Origin: a bacterium
Lineage (GTDB): Bacteria > Actinomycetota > Acidimicrobiia > Acidimicrobiales > Bin134
Assembly: GCA_026705465.1 (NCBI GenBank)
Contig: JAPPAP010000032.1
Span: forward strand, 2,693-66,692
Direction of reading: 5' to 3'
DNA length: 64,000 bases
Made by a program: the position numbers and the translations under genes. This document shows, one piece after another, positions 24,795 to 34,197 of the stretch; positions within the stretch are counted from its first letter, which is position 1; each line of letters begins with the position of its first letter. The notes beneath the pieces were generated by a model. The model saw only the letters and a program-made list of their open reading frames with translations, was not told where the DNA came from and did not search any database.

Positions 24795-27044
24795 CTAGCC
24801 AGCTGAGGAAGCTATGGCGGTCCAGACCTTTTGAGGGGAGGCAGGCATGTCCAGGTGGCGGATGCCGAGGTGCGACAAGGCGTCGATCACCGCGTTCTGC
24901 ACTGCGGGGGTGGAGCCCACGGTGCCCGACTCGCCGATGCCTTTGGCCCCCAGCGGGTTCAGCGGGGTGGGGGTGACGGACTCATGGACTTCGAAGCTGG
25001 GCAGTTCGGTGGTGGATATCACGCCGTAGTCGGCGAAGTTGGAGGTGAGCAGGTTGCCGTCGGGGTCGTAGTGGACCTCTTCCATGAGGGCTTGGGCCGC
25101 GCCGGCGGCCAATCCGCCGTGGATCTGACCGTGGGCCAGCAGCGGATTGAGAAGGAAACCGGCGTCATCCACCGCCACTAGCCGCTCCAGCGTCACTTCG
25201 CCGGTGTCGGCATCTACCTCCACCACCGCTATATGGGTGCCGAACGGGAAGGTGGCGCCATGCTGCTCGAAGTCGTTCTCTACGAACAGTGCTTCTGAGA
25301 CTGACGCCGCCACGTCGGCCCAGTTGGCCGACCGCGCCGGAGTGCCGACCACGTGGAACTGGCCGGTCTCTGAGTCGAGCACCACGTCAGCGGGTGCCGC
25401 CTCCAACAGGTCAGCCGCCAGTGGGCGCGCCGCTTCAATGAGCTTCTCGGAGGCGTCGAGCAGGGCCGAGCCGGCGATCTGGGCGGTGCGGGAGCCACCG
25501 GTGATGTCGCTGGAGGGGATCTCGTCGGTGTCACCGTGGATCATCTCGATCCGATCCATGTCGATACCCAGGGTGTCGGCCACCACCATCGACAGCGTGG
25601 TCACGTGGCCCTGGCCGAAGGGTGTGGCCCCGGTGCGAGCCAGCACCGTGCCGTCGGGCCGCAGCTCCAGACTTCCCGTCTCCGTGCAGACGGGACCCAT
25701 GGGCGAGGTGACCTCCACGTAGGTGGCTATCCCAATGCCCAGCAGCCGGTGGTCGCCCTGCTCCCGACGGGCGGCTTGTTCGGCTCGCAGACCGTGGTAA
25801 TCGGCCGCCTCCAGCGCCGCCTCCAAAGAGGCTCGGTAATCCCCGGAGTCGTAGGCGGCGCCGGTGGGAGTGGTGAGGGGAAAGGCGTCGGGGGCGAGGT
25901 AGTTGCGGCGGCGCACTTCAGCTGGGTCCATGTCGATCTCGGCCGCGAAGAGATCCACCGCCCGCTCGATGGCCGCGGTGGCCTCGGGACGACCAGCCCC
26001 TCGGAACGCATTCACCGGGGCGGTGTTGGTCGCCACCGCAGTGGCCGACCAGGCCACGTTGGCAATGTCGTAGTTTCCACAGGCCATGAGTCCAGTGAAG
26101 GTGGGTAGCAGGGCCCCCACGCCGGGATAGGCCCCGGCGTCGGCCAGCATGTCCAGGCGGTAGTGGGTGAATCGGCCATCGGCGGTGCCCCCCAGGGTGA
26201 CGGTCTGGAACTGGGCCCGGCTATGGCCCAGCGACTGGAGGCTCTCGGTGCGGGACTCGGCCCAGCGCACCGGGCGACCCACCCGGCGGGCCAACCATCC
26301 CAGCAGGCACTCCTCGGCACCGGGACTGGCCTTAGTGCCGAAACCGCCGCCCACATCGGGGATGATCACCCGAACCTCAGACGGGTCCAAACCCAACGCA
26401 CCGGTAATGGCCCCTTGAGCGGTGTGGGGCCCCTGAGTGCTCGACCAGCAAGTCAGGCGCCCGTCCTCGCCCCACGCGGCGGCGGCCACTCGGCCCTCAA
26501 TGGGACTGGCGTAGATCTTGGAGTTGACGACGCGGTGGGAGATCACCACCTCGCACTCGCTGAAGTCCACCTCCACTGCCGGAGGCAGGGCGATGGCCAC
26601 GTTGGATTCGGCGTCGTCGAACAGCTTGGGGCCATCGGCGGCAGTCTCGGCATCGACCGCCACGGACAGCGGGTCGTAGTCGGCCCACACTGCCTCGGCG
26701 GCGTCGGTGGCCTGCTCGACACTCTCAGCCACCACCGCAGCAATGGGCTCGCCCACAAATCGCACTTTGCCGGTGGCCAGCAGTGGGCGGGACATGGCAG
26801 CGTCACCCGCCATCGGCGGCCGGGGGGGCAGGTCGATGTCGTCACCGATGACCACATCGAGCACGCCGGGCATGGATCGGGCATCGTCTGTCTCTACTGA
26901 CAACAGCCGGGCATGGGCGATGGGCGATCGCACGAACACCACGTGGGCCGCCCCCTCCAGCGGGATATCGGCCACATAGGTGCCCCCTTCGCTCAGCATC
27001 CGGGGGTCTTCAACCCGCCTCACCTCGTTGCCCAAAATGCTCAT
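24795..27044 (-). CDS. Xanthine dehydrogenase/CoxL-family molybdopterin-binding large subunit
   Basis: 749-aa ORF. The N-terminus reads ILGNEVRRVEDPRML, the active-site region reads NAFRGAGRPEA, and the C-terminus reads NPLGAKGIGESGTVGS. Confidence 0.85.
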   Translation of the reverse strand: MSILGNEVRRVEDPRMLSEGGTYVADIPLEGAAHVVFVRSPIAHARLLSVETDDARSMPGVLDVVIGDDIDLPPRPPMAGDAAMSRPLLATGKVRFVGEPIAAVVAESVEQATDAAEAVWADYDPLSVAVDAETAADGPKLFDDAESNVAIALPPAVEVDFSECEVVISHRVVNSKIYASPIEGRVAAAAWGEDGRLTCWSSTQGPHTAQGAITGALGLDPSEVRVIIPDVGGGFGTKASPGAEECLLGWLARRVGRPVRWAESRTESLQSLGHSRAQFQTVTLGGTADGRFTHYRLDMLADAGAYPGVGALLPTFTGLMACGNYDIANVAWSATAVATNTAPVNAFRGAGRPEATAAIERAVDLFAAEIDMDPAEVRRRNYLAPDAFPLTTPTGAAYDSGDYRASLEAALEAADYHGLRAEQAARREQGDHRLLGIGIATYVEVTSPMGPVCTETGSLELRPDGTVLARTGATPFGQGHVTTLSMVVADTLGIDMDRIEMIHGDTDEIPSSDITGGSRTAQIAGSALLDASEKLIEAARPLAADLLEAAPADVVLDSETGQFHVVGTPARSANWADVAASVSEALFVENDFEQHGATFPFGTHIAVVEVDADTGEVTLERLVAVDDAGFLLNPLLAHGQIHGGLAAGAAQALMEEVHYDPDGNLLTSNFADYGVISTTELPSFEVHESVTPTPLNPLGAKGIGESGTVGSTPAVQNAVIDALSHLGIRHLDMPASPQKVWTAIASSAG

Positions 27045-27087
27045 GGGCGAGAAGCGTAGGCCAGAGTCCCGTCGAGGTACCTACCGG

Positions 27088-28581
27088 CTATTGGTGGAGG
27101 GAACGACGCCAAGCTTGCGCATCTTCGCCCATCGGGGTTGACGGCGCCCGGTCGGTGAACGGCCACAGCTCCTCAGCAATACTCCGCCAATTGGCGGTGG
27201 CACCGAGTTGGGCAAATAGCGATATCAAGCCCAAGTTGATCCGCTGGAGCACCACCAGCGAGGGCGGCACGTTGAGCACCTTCTTCAGCTCGGCGTGCTC
27301 GCCAGAGGCGTCGAAGATGGCTCTGACTCCCGCGGCGGCATACTCCTGGGTGAAGGTCCGGGTGTCGTCAGTCAGCACGAACTCGTAGAAATGGGTGAAG
27401 AACGCCTGCACCTCGTCATCGCTGAACGGGGCGGTGGCCGGCAGCAGTCCGGCGCTCACCAACTCGGCCCGGAATCGGGGGATGTCTCGCTCGATCACCA
27501 TGGCGGTGAGCATTCGCTCGAACTGGGCGGTCTCTTCTTCAGTGAACCGCTTGACCAAGCCGAAATCCAAGAAGGTAACGGAGCCGTCGGGGTGGAAAAG
27601 ATAGTTCCCCGGGTGAGGATCACCGTTGAACGCCCAAAGGCGGTAGATCGACCCGATCGAGAACCGATAGATGGTCTCGGCCACCCGGTTTCGCTCCTCC
27701 TGGGTCCAACCCAGCGCCTCCTCGAAGGTCGCGCCGGTGGCCAATTCGGTGGTGAGCACTCGGGCGGTGCTCAAGTCGTCGTACACCTTGGGGATGGCGA
27801 TATAGGGATGGCCCCGGTAGTGGTCGGCGAACAGGCGCTGGTTGGACGCCTCGTGCTCGTAGTCCAACTCCTCAGTGAGCCGCTGGCGCAGTTCTTCCAC
27901 GATGGGGGCCGGGTCCAGGCCGGGAAACAGCACCGAGAGCGCCCGGAAAACCATCTTGGCCGAGCCCAGGTCGGCGGCGATGGCCTCAGCCACACCGGGA
28001 TACTGGACTTTGACAGCGCAAGCCCGGCCGTCGGGGGTGAGGGCCCGATGGACTTGGCCGATAGACGCCGCCGCAATCGGCACCGGATCCCACTCCTCGA
28101 ACAGCTCGTCGGGAGGTGCACCCAGTTCGGCGGCTATCACCGACTCAGCCAGGGCCGGGCTCATGGGCGGAGCGTTGGCCTGGAGCTGGCCCAAAGACGT
28201 CCGGGTGGCTTCAGGCAGGCCCACGTCCAGATAGCTGGCCATCTGGCCAATCTTCATGAGGGCGCCCTTCATGTTGCCCAGAACCTCGACGACATCAGCG
28301 GCGGTTCGTAGCTCTCGTTCGGCATCCAGGGCTTCAGCTCGTTCGGCGTCGGCGAACACTTGGCGGGCTCGGGCCATCGCCCATCGCCCGCCACTGCGGG
28401 CGCCCAACCCGGCCATCTTGGCCGTGCGCCCGAGCCGTCCCCGTCGGGGCACCGCTCCCCGACTGCGCCCGTCTGCCACGGCGCCGAAACTACCGGCCCG
28501 ACCACTGCTGCCGGTATCTTTGACAGAGAACGTCGTGTGAAGGAATGTGCTGATAGTTTCCGCTATTTCGCGGGACATCAT
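27088..28581 (-). CDS. ABC1/UbiB (AarF) atypical kinase family protein
   Basis: LGNMKGALMKIGQMASY, AASIGQVHRA and AVKVQYPG are present. The exact start is uncertain. Confidence 0.8.
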   Translation of the reverse strand: MMSREIAETISTFLHTTFSVKDTGSSGRAGSFGAVADGRSRGAVPRRGRLGRTAKMAGLGARSGGRWAMARARQVFADAERAEALDAERELRTAADVVEVLGNMKGALMKIGQMASYLDVGLPEATRTSLGQLQANAPPMSPALAESVIAAELGAPPDELFEEWDPVPIAAASIGQVHRALTPDGRACAVKVQYPGVAEAIAADLGSAKMVFRALSVLFPGLDPAPIVEELRQRLTEELDYEHEASNQRLFADHYRGHPYIAIPKVYDDLSTARVLTTELATGATFEEALGWTQEERNRVAETIYRFSIGSIYRLWAFNGDPHPGNYLFHPDGSVTFLDFGLVKRFTEEETAQFERMLTAMVIERDIPRFRAELVSAGLLPATAPFSDDEVQAFFTHFYEFVLTDDTRTFTQEYAAAGVRAIFDASGEHAELKKVLNVPPSLVVLQRINLGLISLFAQLGATANWRSIAEELWPFTDRAPSTPMGEDAQAWRRSLHQ

Positions 28582-28605
28582 TCAGCAAAGGCGTGTATCG
28601 TAGAA

Positions 28606-28618
28606 CGGAACAGTTCCG
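28606..28618. promoter_or_regulatory. 13-bp perfect palindrome in a divergent intergenic region (possible operator)
   Basis: cggaac-a-gttccg lies between the ABC1 kinase start (28581) and the serA-like start (28692). Confidence 0.25.
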
Positions 28619-28691
28619 CTATGCGGTACGGGGGCTCGGGCCGATCTGTGCCGTGTCCAACCGCCTGTAGAGCAATCCCGGAGTCCGAGTC

Positions 28692-29915
28692 ATGCGAATC
28701 CTCTTTGCTGACAGTCTGGCTGAGAGCGCTGTCGAGCGCCTGCGGGGCGGCGGGGACGAGTGCGTGGTCGATCCCTCGCTGACTGCCGACACTCTGTCCG
28801 AGCACATTTCCGGGTTCGATGTGCTAGTGGTGCGCAGCACCACGGTGACTGCCACCGCCCTAGAGGCCGGTGACCGGCTTGGCTTGGTGGTGCGGGCTGG
28901 AGCGGGAACCAACACCATCGATGCCTATCGTGCCGCTGAACTCGGGATTTTCGTGTGCAATGTGCCGGGCCGGAACGCCATTGCGGTGGCCGAGCTGGCC
29001 ATCGGGTTGATGTTCGCCATCGACCGACACATCGCCCCCGCCACCGCCGATCTCCGATCGGGAGATTGGAATAAGCAGACCTACAGCAAAGCCCGGGGCC
29101 TGTTCGGCTCCACGCTGGGAATCATCGGCATGGGTGCCATCGGCCTCGAAGTAGCCCAACGGGCCAGTGCATGCGGTTTGCGGGTCATCGCCGAGGCTCG
29201 GGCCGATCGCTCCCGCGAGGTATGTCGCCGGATGGCCGACATCGGAGTGGAGGAAGTGCCCGACCGGTCGGTGCTGCTGGCAACCAGCGACATCGTGTCG
29301 GTTCACGTACCCAGTGGCGAGGACACCGTTGGCATGGTGGACGCCGAGTTCCTGGCCGCAATGAAACCCGACGCGGTACTCATCAACACCAGCCGAGGTG
29401 AGGTGGTAGACGAGGCCGCACTGCTGGCCGCGCTGGACGCCACTGAACTGCGGGCCGGCCTCGACGTGTTCGCCAACGAGCCGTCAGGCAGCGTCGGACA
29501 GATCAGCTCAGAACTGGCCCGCCACCCGAAGGTGACGGCCACCCACCACATCGGAGCCTCCACCGACCAAGCCCAGATGGCGGTGGCCGAGGGCACCGCC
29601 GATGTGATCGAGGCCTATCGAAACGGCGTTGTTCTGGACTGCGTCAACTTGGAGCGGGTGCCCAACCGAACGGCCACGCTCAGCGTCCGCCACCACGACC
29701 GAGTAGGGGTGCTGGCCTGCGTGCTTCAAGAGCTGAGCCGTCGGCATCTGAACGTAGCCAACATGCAGAACCGGATCTTCTCCGGCTCGGAGGCGGCCGT
29801 GGCCGTCATCGAGGTCGCAGGAACCATCGACGGAGAGCTATTGGACGCCCTTGGATCCATCGAACATGTGATCTGCGCCTCAGTGCTCGACACCCACTCG
29901 GCTACGGACCAATGA
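28692..29915 (+). CDS. serA: D-3-phosphoglycerate dehydrogenase-like 2-hydroxyacid dehydrogenase with C-terminal ACT domain
   Basis: Shows the NAD motif GIIGMGAIG and the catalytic R..E..H context (NTSRGEVVDE, THHIGAST). An ACT-like tail (LSVRHHDRVGVLACVLQEL) follows. Confidence 0.75.
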   Translation: MRILFADSLAESAVERLRGGGDECVVDPSLTADTLSEHISGFDVLVVRSTTVTATALEAGDRLGLVVRAGAGTNTIDAYRAAELGIFVCNVPGRNAIAVAELAIGLMFAIDRHIAPATADLRSGDWNKQTYSKARGLFGSTLGIIGMGAIGLEVAQRASACGLRVIAEARADRSREVCRRMADIGVEEVPDRSVLLATSDIVSVHVPSGEDTVGMVDAEFLAAMKPDAVLINTSRGEVVDEAALLAALDATELRAGLDVFANEPSGSVGQISSELARHPKVTATHHIGASTDQAQMAVAEGTADVIEAYRNGVVLDCVNLERVPNRTATLSVRHHDRVGVLACVLQELSRRHLNVANMQNRIFSGSEAAVAVIEVAGTIDGELLDALGSIEHVICASVLDTHSATDQ

Positions 29916-31195
29916 CCGGCGCACGCCCCAGCGACTCCTTACAGGCTGAGTGCGAGCCGCTGGTCGCCCCCTTCGCGGGCTGGGTGGTGCACCCCGACTG
30001 GGCTGATCGGGTGATCAGCCGGGCCTACGACAATCTTTCGCCGGTACAGCGTCAGGCCCTGGTGGCATCAAACCCTTACAGCTACATGAACGTCACCAGA
30101 AGCCGTGAGGATCTCTTCGACAACGCCGACCTCTCGCATGAAGATCTGGTTACCCAAGGCGCCGCCGCCCTCACCCGGCTGCTCAATGCCAAGGCATTCG
30201 TCCCGACCGGCCGGCCAGCCCTCTATCTGTATCGCTTGACCCACAAGCAGGGCACTCAGACGGGGGTGGTGTGCACAGTGCCGGTACGGGGGTTTGACGA
30301 CGGTCGCATCCGCATCCACGAAAACGTTCACGACGAGCGGGCTGACCTGCTCACCGCTCATCTTCAAGGCGTGGGCGCCACTTCCAGTCCGGTGGCCATG
30401 GCCGTTCGGTCAACTACTGAGCTCTACAACCAGTTGTTCGACATCACCTCCGCTGCGCCGGCTGATCTGGAGTTCGGATCCACCGCGGTGCGCCATCAGG
30501 TTTGGGCGGTCCCCGACGATCGCACGGAGTCGCTGGTCGCAGCATTTGACAACCAGGTGCTGTACGTCACTGACGGCCACCATCGCTCGGCCGCCGCGGT
30601 GAGAGCAATGGCGGCCGACCCGAACAACGCGGCACTTGCTCGGACGTTGGCCGTGGTGTTCCCCGATGAGCAACTCCATGTGCAGGCATTCCATCGGCTG
30701 GCCGTCGACCAACACGATCGCAGTGCTGAAGACTGCCTGGCCGCCCTGGACGACGTAGTGGAGGTGAAATCGGTCTTCTCTTCCATGCAAGCCCGTCCCC
30801 AACACAGAGGATTGGCCGGGCTATACCTAGGGGGTTCGTGGCACCAGATGGAGTTGCCCCCTGCGATCGGTAACGGAGCCGTGAATGGTCTAGACGTGGA
30901 ACGGTTGCGCCGATCCATCCTCGACCCTGTGCTGGGAGCCGACGAACTCGGCCAGCCGGGAGCAGTGGACTATGTTCCCGCCTCACTGGGCTTCGACGAG
31001 CTAGCCCGCCGGTGCGATGCCGACAATCGGGTGGGTTTCGCGCTGTTCCCCCTGTCGGTGCGCGAGCTGATGGCAGTGGCCGATGAGGGTGGTCTGATGC
31101 CCCCGAAATCGAGTTTCTTTGCCCCCAAGCCCCGCTCCGGCGTGTTCTTGCGAGTGTTGGGTCGCGGCGCCACGGCCCACCTTTCTGCCTCCTAG
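29912..31195 (+). CDS. DUF1015 family protein
   Basis: YVTDGHHR and MPPKSSFFAPKPRSG are the conserved DUF1015 blocks as I recall them. The start overlaps the serA-like stop (ATGA). Confidence 0.7.
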   Translation: MTGARPSDSLQAECEPLVAPFAGWVVHPDWADRVISRAYDNLSPVQRQALVASNPYSYMNVTRSREDLFDNADLSHEDLVTQGAAALTRLLNAKAFVPTGRPALYLYRLTHKQGTQTGVVCTVPVRGFDDGRIRIHENVHDERADLLTAHLQGVGATSSPVAMAVRSTTELYNQLFDITSAAPADLEFGSTAVRHQVWAVPDDRTESLVAAFDNQVLYVTDGHHRSAAAVRAMAADPNNAALARTLAVVFPDEQLHVQAFHRLAVDQHDRSAEDCLAALDDVVEVKSVFSSMQARPQHRGLAGLYLGGSWHQMELPPAIGNGAVNGLDVERLRRSILDPVLGADELGQPGAVDYVPASLGFDELARRCDADNRVGFALFPLSVRELMAVADEGGLMPPKSSFFAPKPRSGVFLRVLGRGATAHLSAS

Positions 31196-31248
31196 GAGAA
31201 CCACTCCGGCTGCCTCCGCCTCTTGGGAGAACAACTACGGTTGTCGAT

Positions 31249-32430
31249 GTGCTGATCTCGTCGGACTCCCACGTCGTCGAACCCGGCGACTTGTGGCTGG
31301 AGCGCTTGCCTAAACACTTGCGGGACCGGGCCCCCCGAGCAGTACAAGACCCCGACAACCACTACTGGTATTTCGAGGCGCCGGAGATGGGTCGGGGGGT
31401 GAACCTCACTCTTTCCCGCAATGCCGGCATTTCCACCCAAGAAGTGGATGCCGCCCTGGCCGCCGATCCTGATGCCTGGGTCGGAGCCACCGGCGGGCAC
31501 GATCCGGTGACCCGGTTGGCCGACATGTGGGTGGACGACACGGTGGCCGACGTGGTCTACCCCACCGCGGGCCTGTCGCTACTCCAATACGACGACATCG
31601 AGCTCCAGCTGGCCTGCATCCAGGTGTACAACGACTGGCTGGCCGAGTTCTGCGCGATCGACTCCGACCGGATCATCGGCATCGCCATGATCCCCACTTG
31701 GGATATCGAGGTGGGTGTGGCTGAGCTCAACCGCTGCGGCGACATGGGGCTGCGGGGCGCCATCATCTGGAGCTCGCCGCCTGCCACCCGGGAGTTCAGC
31801 TTCTTCTCCGACCGCTACGAGCCGTTGTGGGCCACCGCTGCCGACCGGTCGATGCCGATCTCCATCCACATCTTTGGCGGCCACGAAACGAAGGCCATCA
31901 GCAAATACGGGGTGACCGTGGAGGGTACCTACTACTTTGGGATCACGGCGCGCGACGAGCTAGCCCACACCACAGCGGAATTGATCGCCGCCGGGGTGTT
32001 CGAGCGCCATCCCAACCTGCGAATCGTGGCCGCAGAGGGGGGGATCGACTACGCCGCCCGGCTCGAACAGCGACTCGACCTGACTTACAGCGGTGCATGG
32101 AGCCGAATCGACGACAAGTTGACCATGAAGCCATCGGAGTATTTCCGGCGCAACGTATACCTCACTTACATCGAAGACCCCATCGGGCTGAACAACCTGC
32201 GGTTCACCGGCAGCGACCACTTCATGTGGTCCAGCGACTACCCCCACGGGGCGGCCACCTGGCCCCGGTCCCGCGAGTTCACCGCCAACGAATTCAACGA
32301 TGCGGATGTGAGTGAGGCCGACCGGCGCAAGCTCACCCTTACCAACGTGGCCGAGCTCTACAGCATTGACCTGGAGACGGTGAGCCAGCCGTCTCCGGTC
32401 ATCGCCGACAAAGTGGCGGCGGCCACCTGA
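31249..32430 (+). CDS. Amidohydrolase_2 (ACMSD/metal-dependent hydrolase) family protein
   Basis: The GTG start gives VLISSDSHVVEPGDLW. A distal SSDYPHG motif is present. Confidence 0.8.
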   Translation: MLISSDSHVVEPGDLWLERLPKHLRDRAPRAVQDPDNHYWYFEAPEMGRGVNLTLSRNAGISTQEVDAALAADPDAWVGATGGHDPVTRLADMWVDDTVADVVYPTAGLSLLQYDDIELQLACIQVYNDWLAEFCAIDSDRIIGIAMIPTWDIEVGVAELNRCGDMGLRGAIIWSSPPATREFSFFSDRYEPLWATAADRSMPISIHIFGGHETKAISKYGVTVEGTYYFGITARDELAHTTAELIAAGVFERHPNLRIVAAEGGIDYAARLEQRLDLTYSGAWSRIDDKLTMKPSEYFRRNVYLTYIEDPIGLNNLRFTGSDHFMWSSDYPHGAATWPRSREFTANEFNDADVSEADRRKLTLTNVAELYSIDLETVSQPSPVIADKVAAAT

Positions 32431-32473
32431 TCGGCACTCGCCGGGAATCTAACGGGGCCGCGGGCAGCTTTCC

Positions 32474-32887
32474 CTACTCGACCGGAAGCCGCCGGGTATC
32501 GGTCGGGGCCGCGGGGGGCTGCTTGTTGATCAGGTGGGTGGCCGCCGACTCGAAGTAGTCAAGCATGGCGCCGCGGATGTCGTCGGGCATTTCAGCTCCG
32601 GCCAGCGATGCCTGCATGTGGGCCATCCAGGCATCTCGTTCTGCGGCACCGATCTCGAACGGTGCGTGGCGCATCCGCAGCCGGGGATGACCCCGCTCAG
32701 CGCTGTAGTGGGGCGGTCCCCCCCAGTACTGGGCCAAGAATCCAGCCAGTCGATCTCGAGACGGGCCCAAGTCCTCGGGATACAGGGGGCGCAGCACCGG
32801 ATCGTCGAGCACACCGTCATAAAAGCGGTTTACCAACTGGTCGAAGAACGCCTGACCGCCCACTGCGTCGTATACCGACTGTTCCAC
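32474..32887 (-). CDS. glbO: Group II truncated haemoglobin
   Basis: 137-aa ORF. YDAVGG..FF..LV..FY, YWGGP..Y and GHPRLRMRH.PF match the trHbO pattern. Confidence 0.8.
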   Translation of the reverse strand: MEQSVYDAVGGQAFFDQLVNRFYDGVLDDPVLRPLYPEDLGPSRDRLAGFLAQYWGGPPHYSAERGHPRLRMRHAPFEIGAAERDAWMAHMQASLAGAEMPDDIRGAMLDYFESAATHLINKQPPAAPTDTRRLPVE

Positions 32888-32924
32888 CGGGAATAGCGTA
32901 GGCCCAACCCTCTAGGGTGATCGC

Positions 32925-33725
32925 ATGGGACGGCTTGAAGATCAAGTGGCGGTGATCACCGGAGCAGGGCAGGGCATCGGAGCAGCAATTGCCCGTCGAT
33001 TCGCCGAGGAGGGTGCCGACATCGTGGTGGCCGAGATGAACCCCGATACCGGACCCCGCACAGTGGCCGAGGTTGAAGAGCGGGGTCGCCAGGGCCACTT
33101 CATACAGACAGATGTGGGAATCAAAGAACAGGCGGTGGGCTGCGTGGAAGCGGCACTGGAGCAGTTCGGGCGCATTGACTGCCTGGTCAACAACGCCTGG
33201 GGCGGCGGCACCTACAAGCGGTTCGAGTTCAAGACCGACGCCAACATCATGCACGGCATCAATGTGGGATATCTGGCCTGCTTCTGGACCATGCAGGCCG
33301 CATTCGAGCCGATGGTTGCCCAAGGGGGCGGGTCGATCATCAATATCTGCTCGCTGAACGGGGTGAACGCCCACCGCTATTCCCTGGAATACAACGCGGC
33401 CAAAGAGGCAGCGCGCACAATGACCCGAACCGCGGCGGTCGAATGGGGACGCCACGCGATCCGCTGCAATGTGATCTGTCCCGGTGCAGCCACCGATGCC
33501 TACAAAGCGTTTGCCTCGGCTAACCCCGACAATGCGACCAAACTGTTGGAGCTCAAGCCCGTACCCCGGATGGGCGATCCCGATACCGATATCGCCCCGG
33601 TAGCGCTGTTCTTGGCCTCCGACGACTCGGTGTACATCACCGGCAACACCATCTATGCCGACGGCGGCACCCATGTGAACGGTGCCGCTTGGAATCCTCA
33701 AGTCCCCGATCACCCCACCCCTTAG
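32925..33725 (+). CDS. SDR family oxidoreductase
   Basis: Shows VAVITGAGQGIGAA, NNAWGG and YNAAKEA. Confidence 0.85.
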   Translation: MGRLEDQVAVITGAGQGIGAAIARRFAEEGADIVVAEMNPDTGPRTVAEVEERGRQGHFIQTDVGIKEQAVGCVEAALEQFGRIDCLVNNAWGGGTYKRFEFKTDANIMHGINVGYLACFWTMQAAFEPMVAQGGGSIINICSLNGVNAHRYSLEYNAAKEAARTMTRTAAVEWGRHAIRCNVICPGAATDAYKAFASANPDNATKLLELKPVPRMGDPDTDIAPVALFLASDDSVYITGNTIYADGGTHVNGAAWNPQVPDHPTP

Positions 33726-33729
33726 TGGT

Positions 33730-34197
33730 ATGTCCGCAGTCATTTTCCTGAGACACGCCAAATCCGATTGGGACGCCGGTGCCACCGACGATCTCAGCCG
33801 ACCGCTGGCCGACCGGGGGCGCGCTGCCGCCGCCGCCGTCGGTAGCTTCCTCGCCGAAGCTGGCCATGTTCCCAATCTGGTGCTGTGCTCACCAGCCGTC
33901 CGGGCTCGCCAAACCGTGGAAATCGCCATTGCCGCCGGGAGTTGGACCTGTCCGACCGAGACTGCCGATGAGCTGTACTACGGCACAATGGACGACATGG
34001 TCACGTTGGCCTGTAAGCGGCAGGTTCCGCTGCTCATGCTGGTCGGGCACGAACCGACCATGTCCAGCGCCCTGGAGTACTTGACCGGTGGCGAGCTGCG
34101 CATGCCCACCGGGGCCTTGGCCCGGATAAACCTCAACCCCGACAATTCCGGCCTGCTGGAATGGCTTATCCCCCCTCGCCTGCTGACCGACCGCTAG
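33730..34197 (+). CDS. Histidine phosphatase family protein (SixA-like)
   Basis: The ATG at 33730 gives MSAVIFLRHAKSDW (RHG-type motif). A distal VGHEP motif is present. The protein is 155 aa. Confidence 0.7.
   Translation: MSAVIFLRHAKSDWDAGATDDLSRPLADRGRAAAAAVGSFLAEAGHVPNLVLCSPAVRARQTVEIAIAAGSWTCPTETADELYYGTMDDMVTLACKRQVPLLMLVGHEPTMSSALEYLTGGELRMPTGALARINLNPDNSGLLEWLIPPRLLTDR

Noticed and set aside
24795-27044. Calling the CoxL-like genes (also 42347..44608) aerobic carbon-monoxide dehydrogenases.
   Set aside because: The diagnostic form-I active-site loop AYXCSFR is absent. The loops read AFRGAGR and AYRGAGR, and coxM, coxS and accessory genes are not adjacent. I therefore annotated them only at family level.
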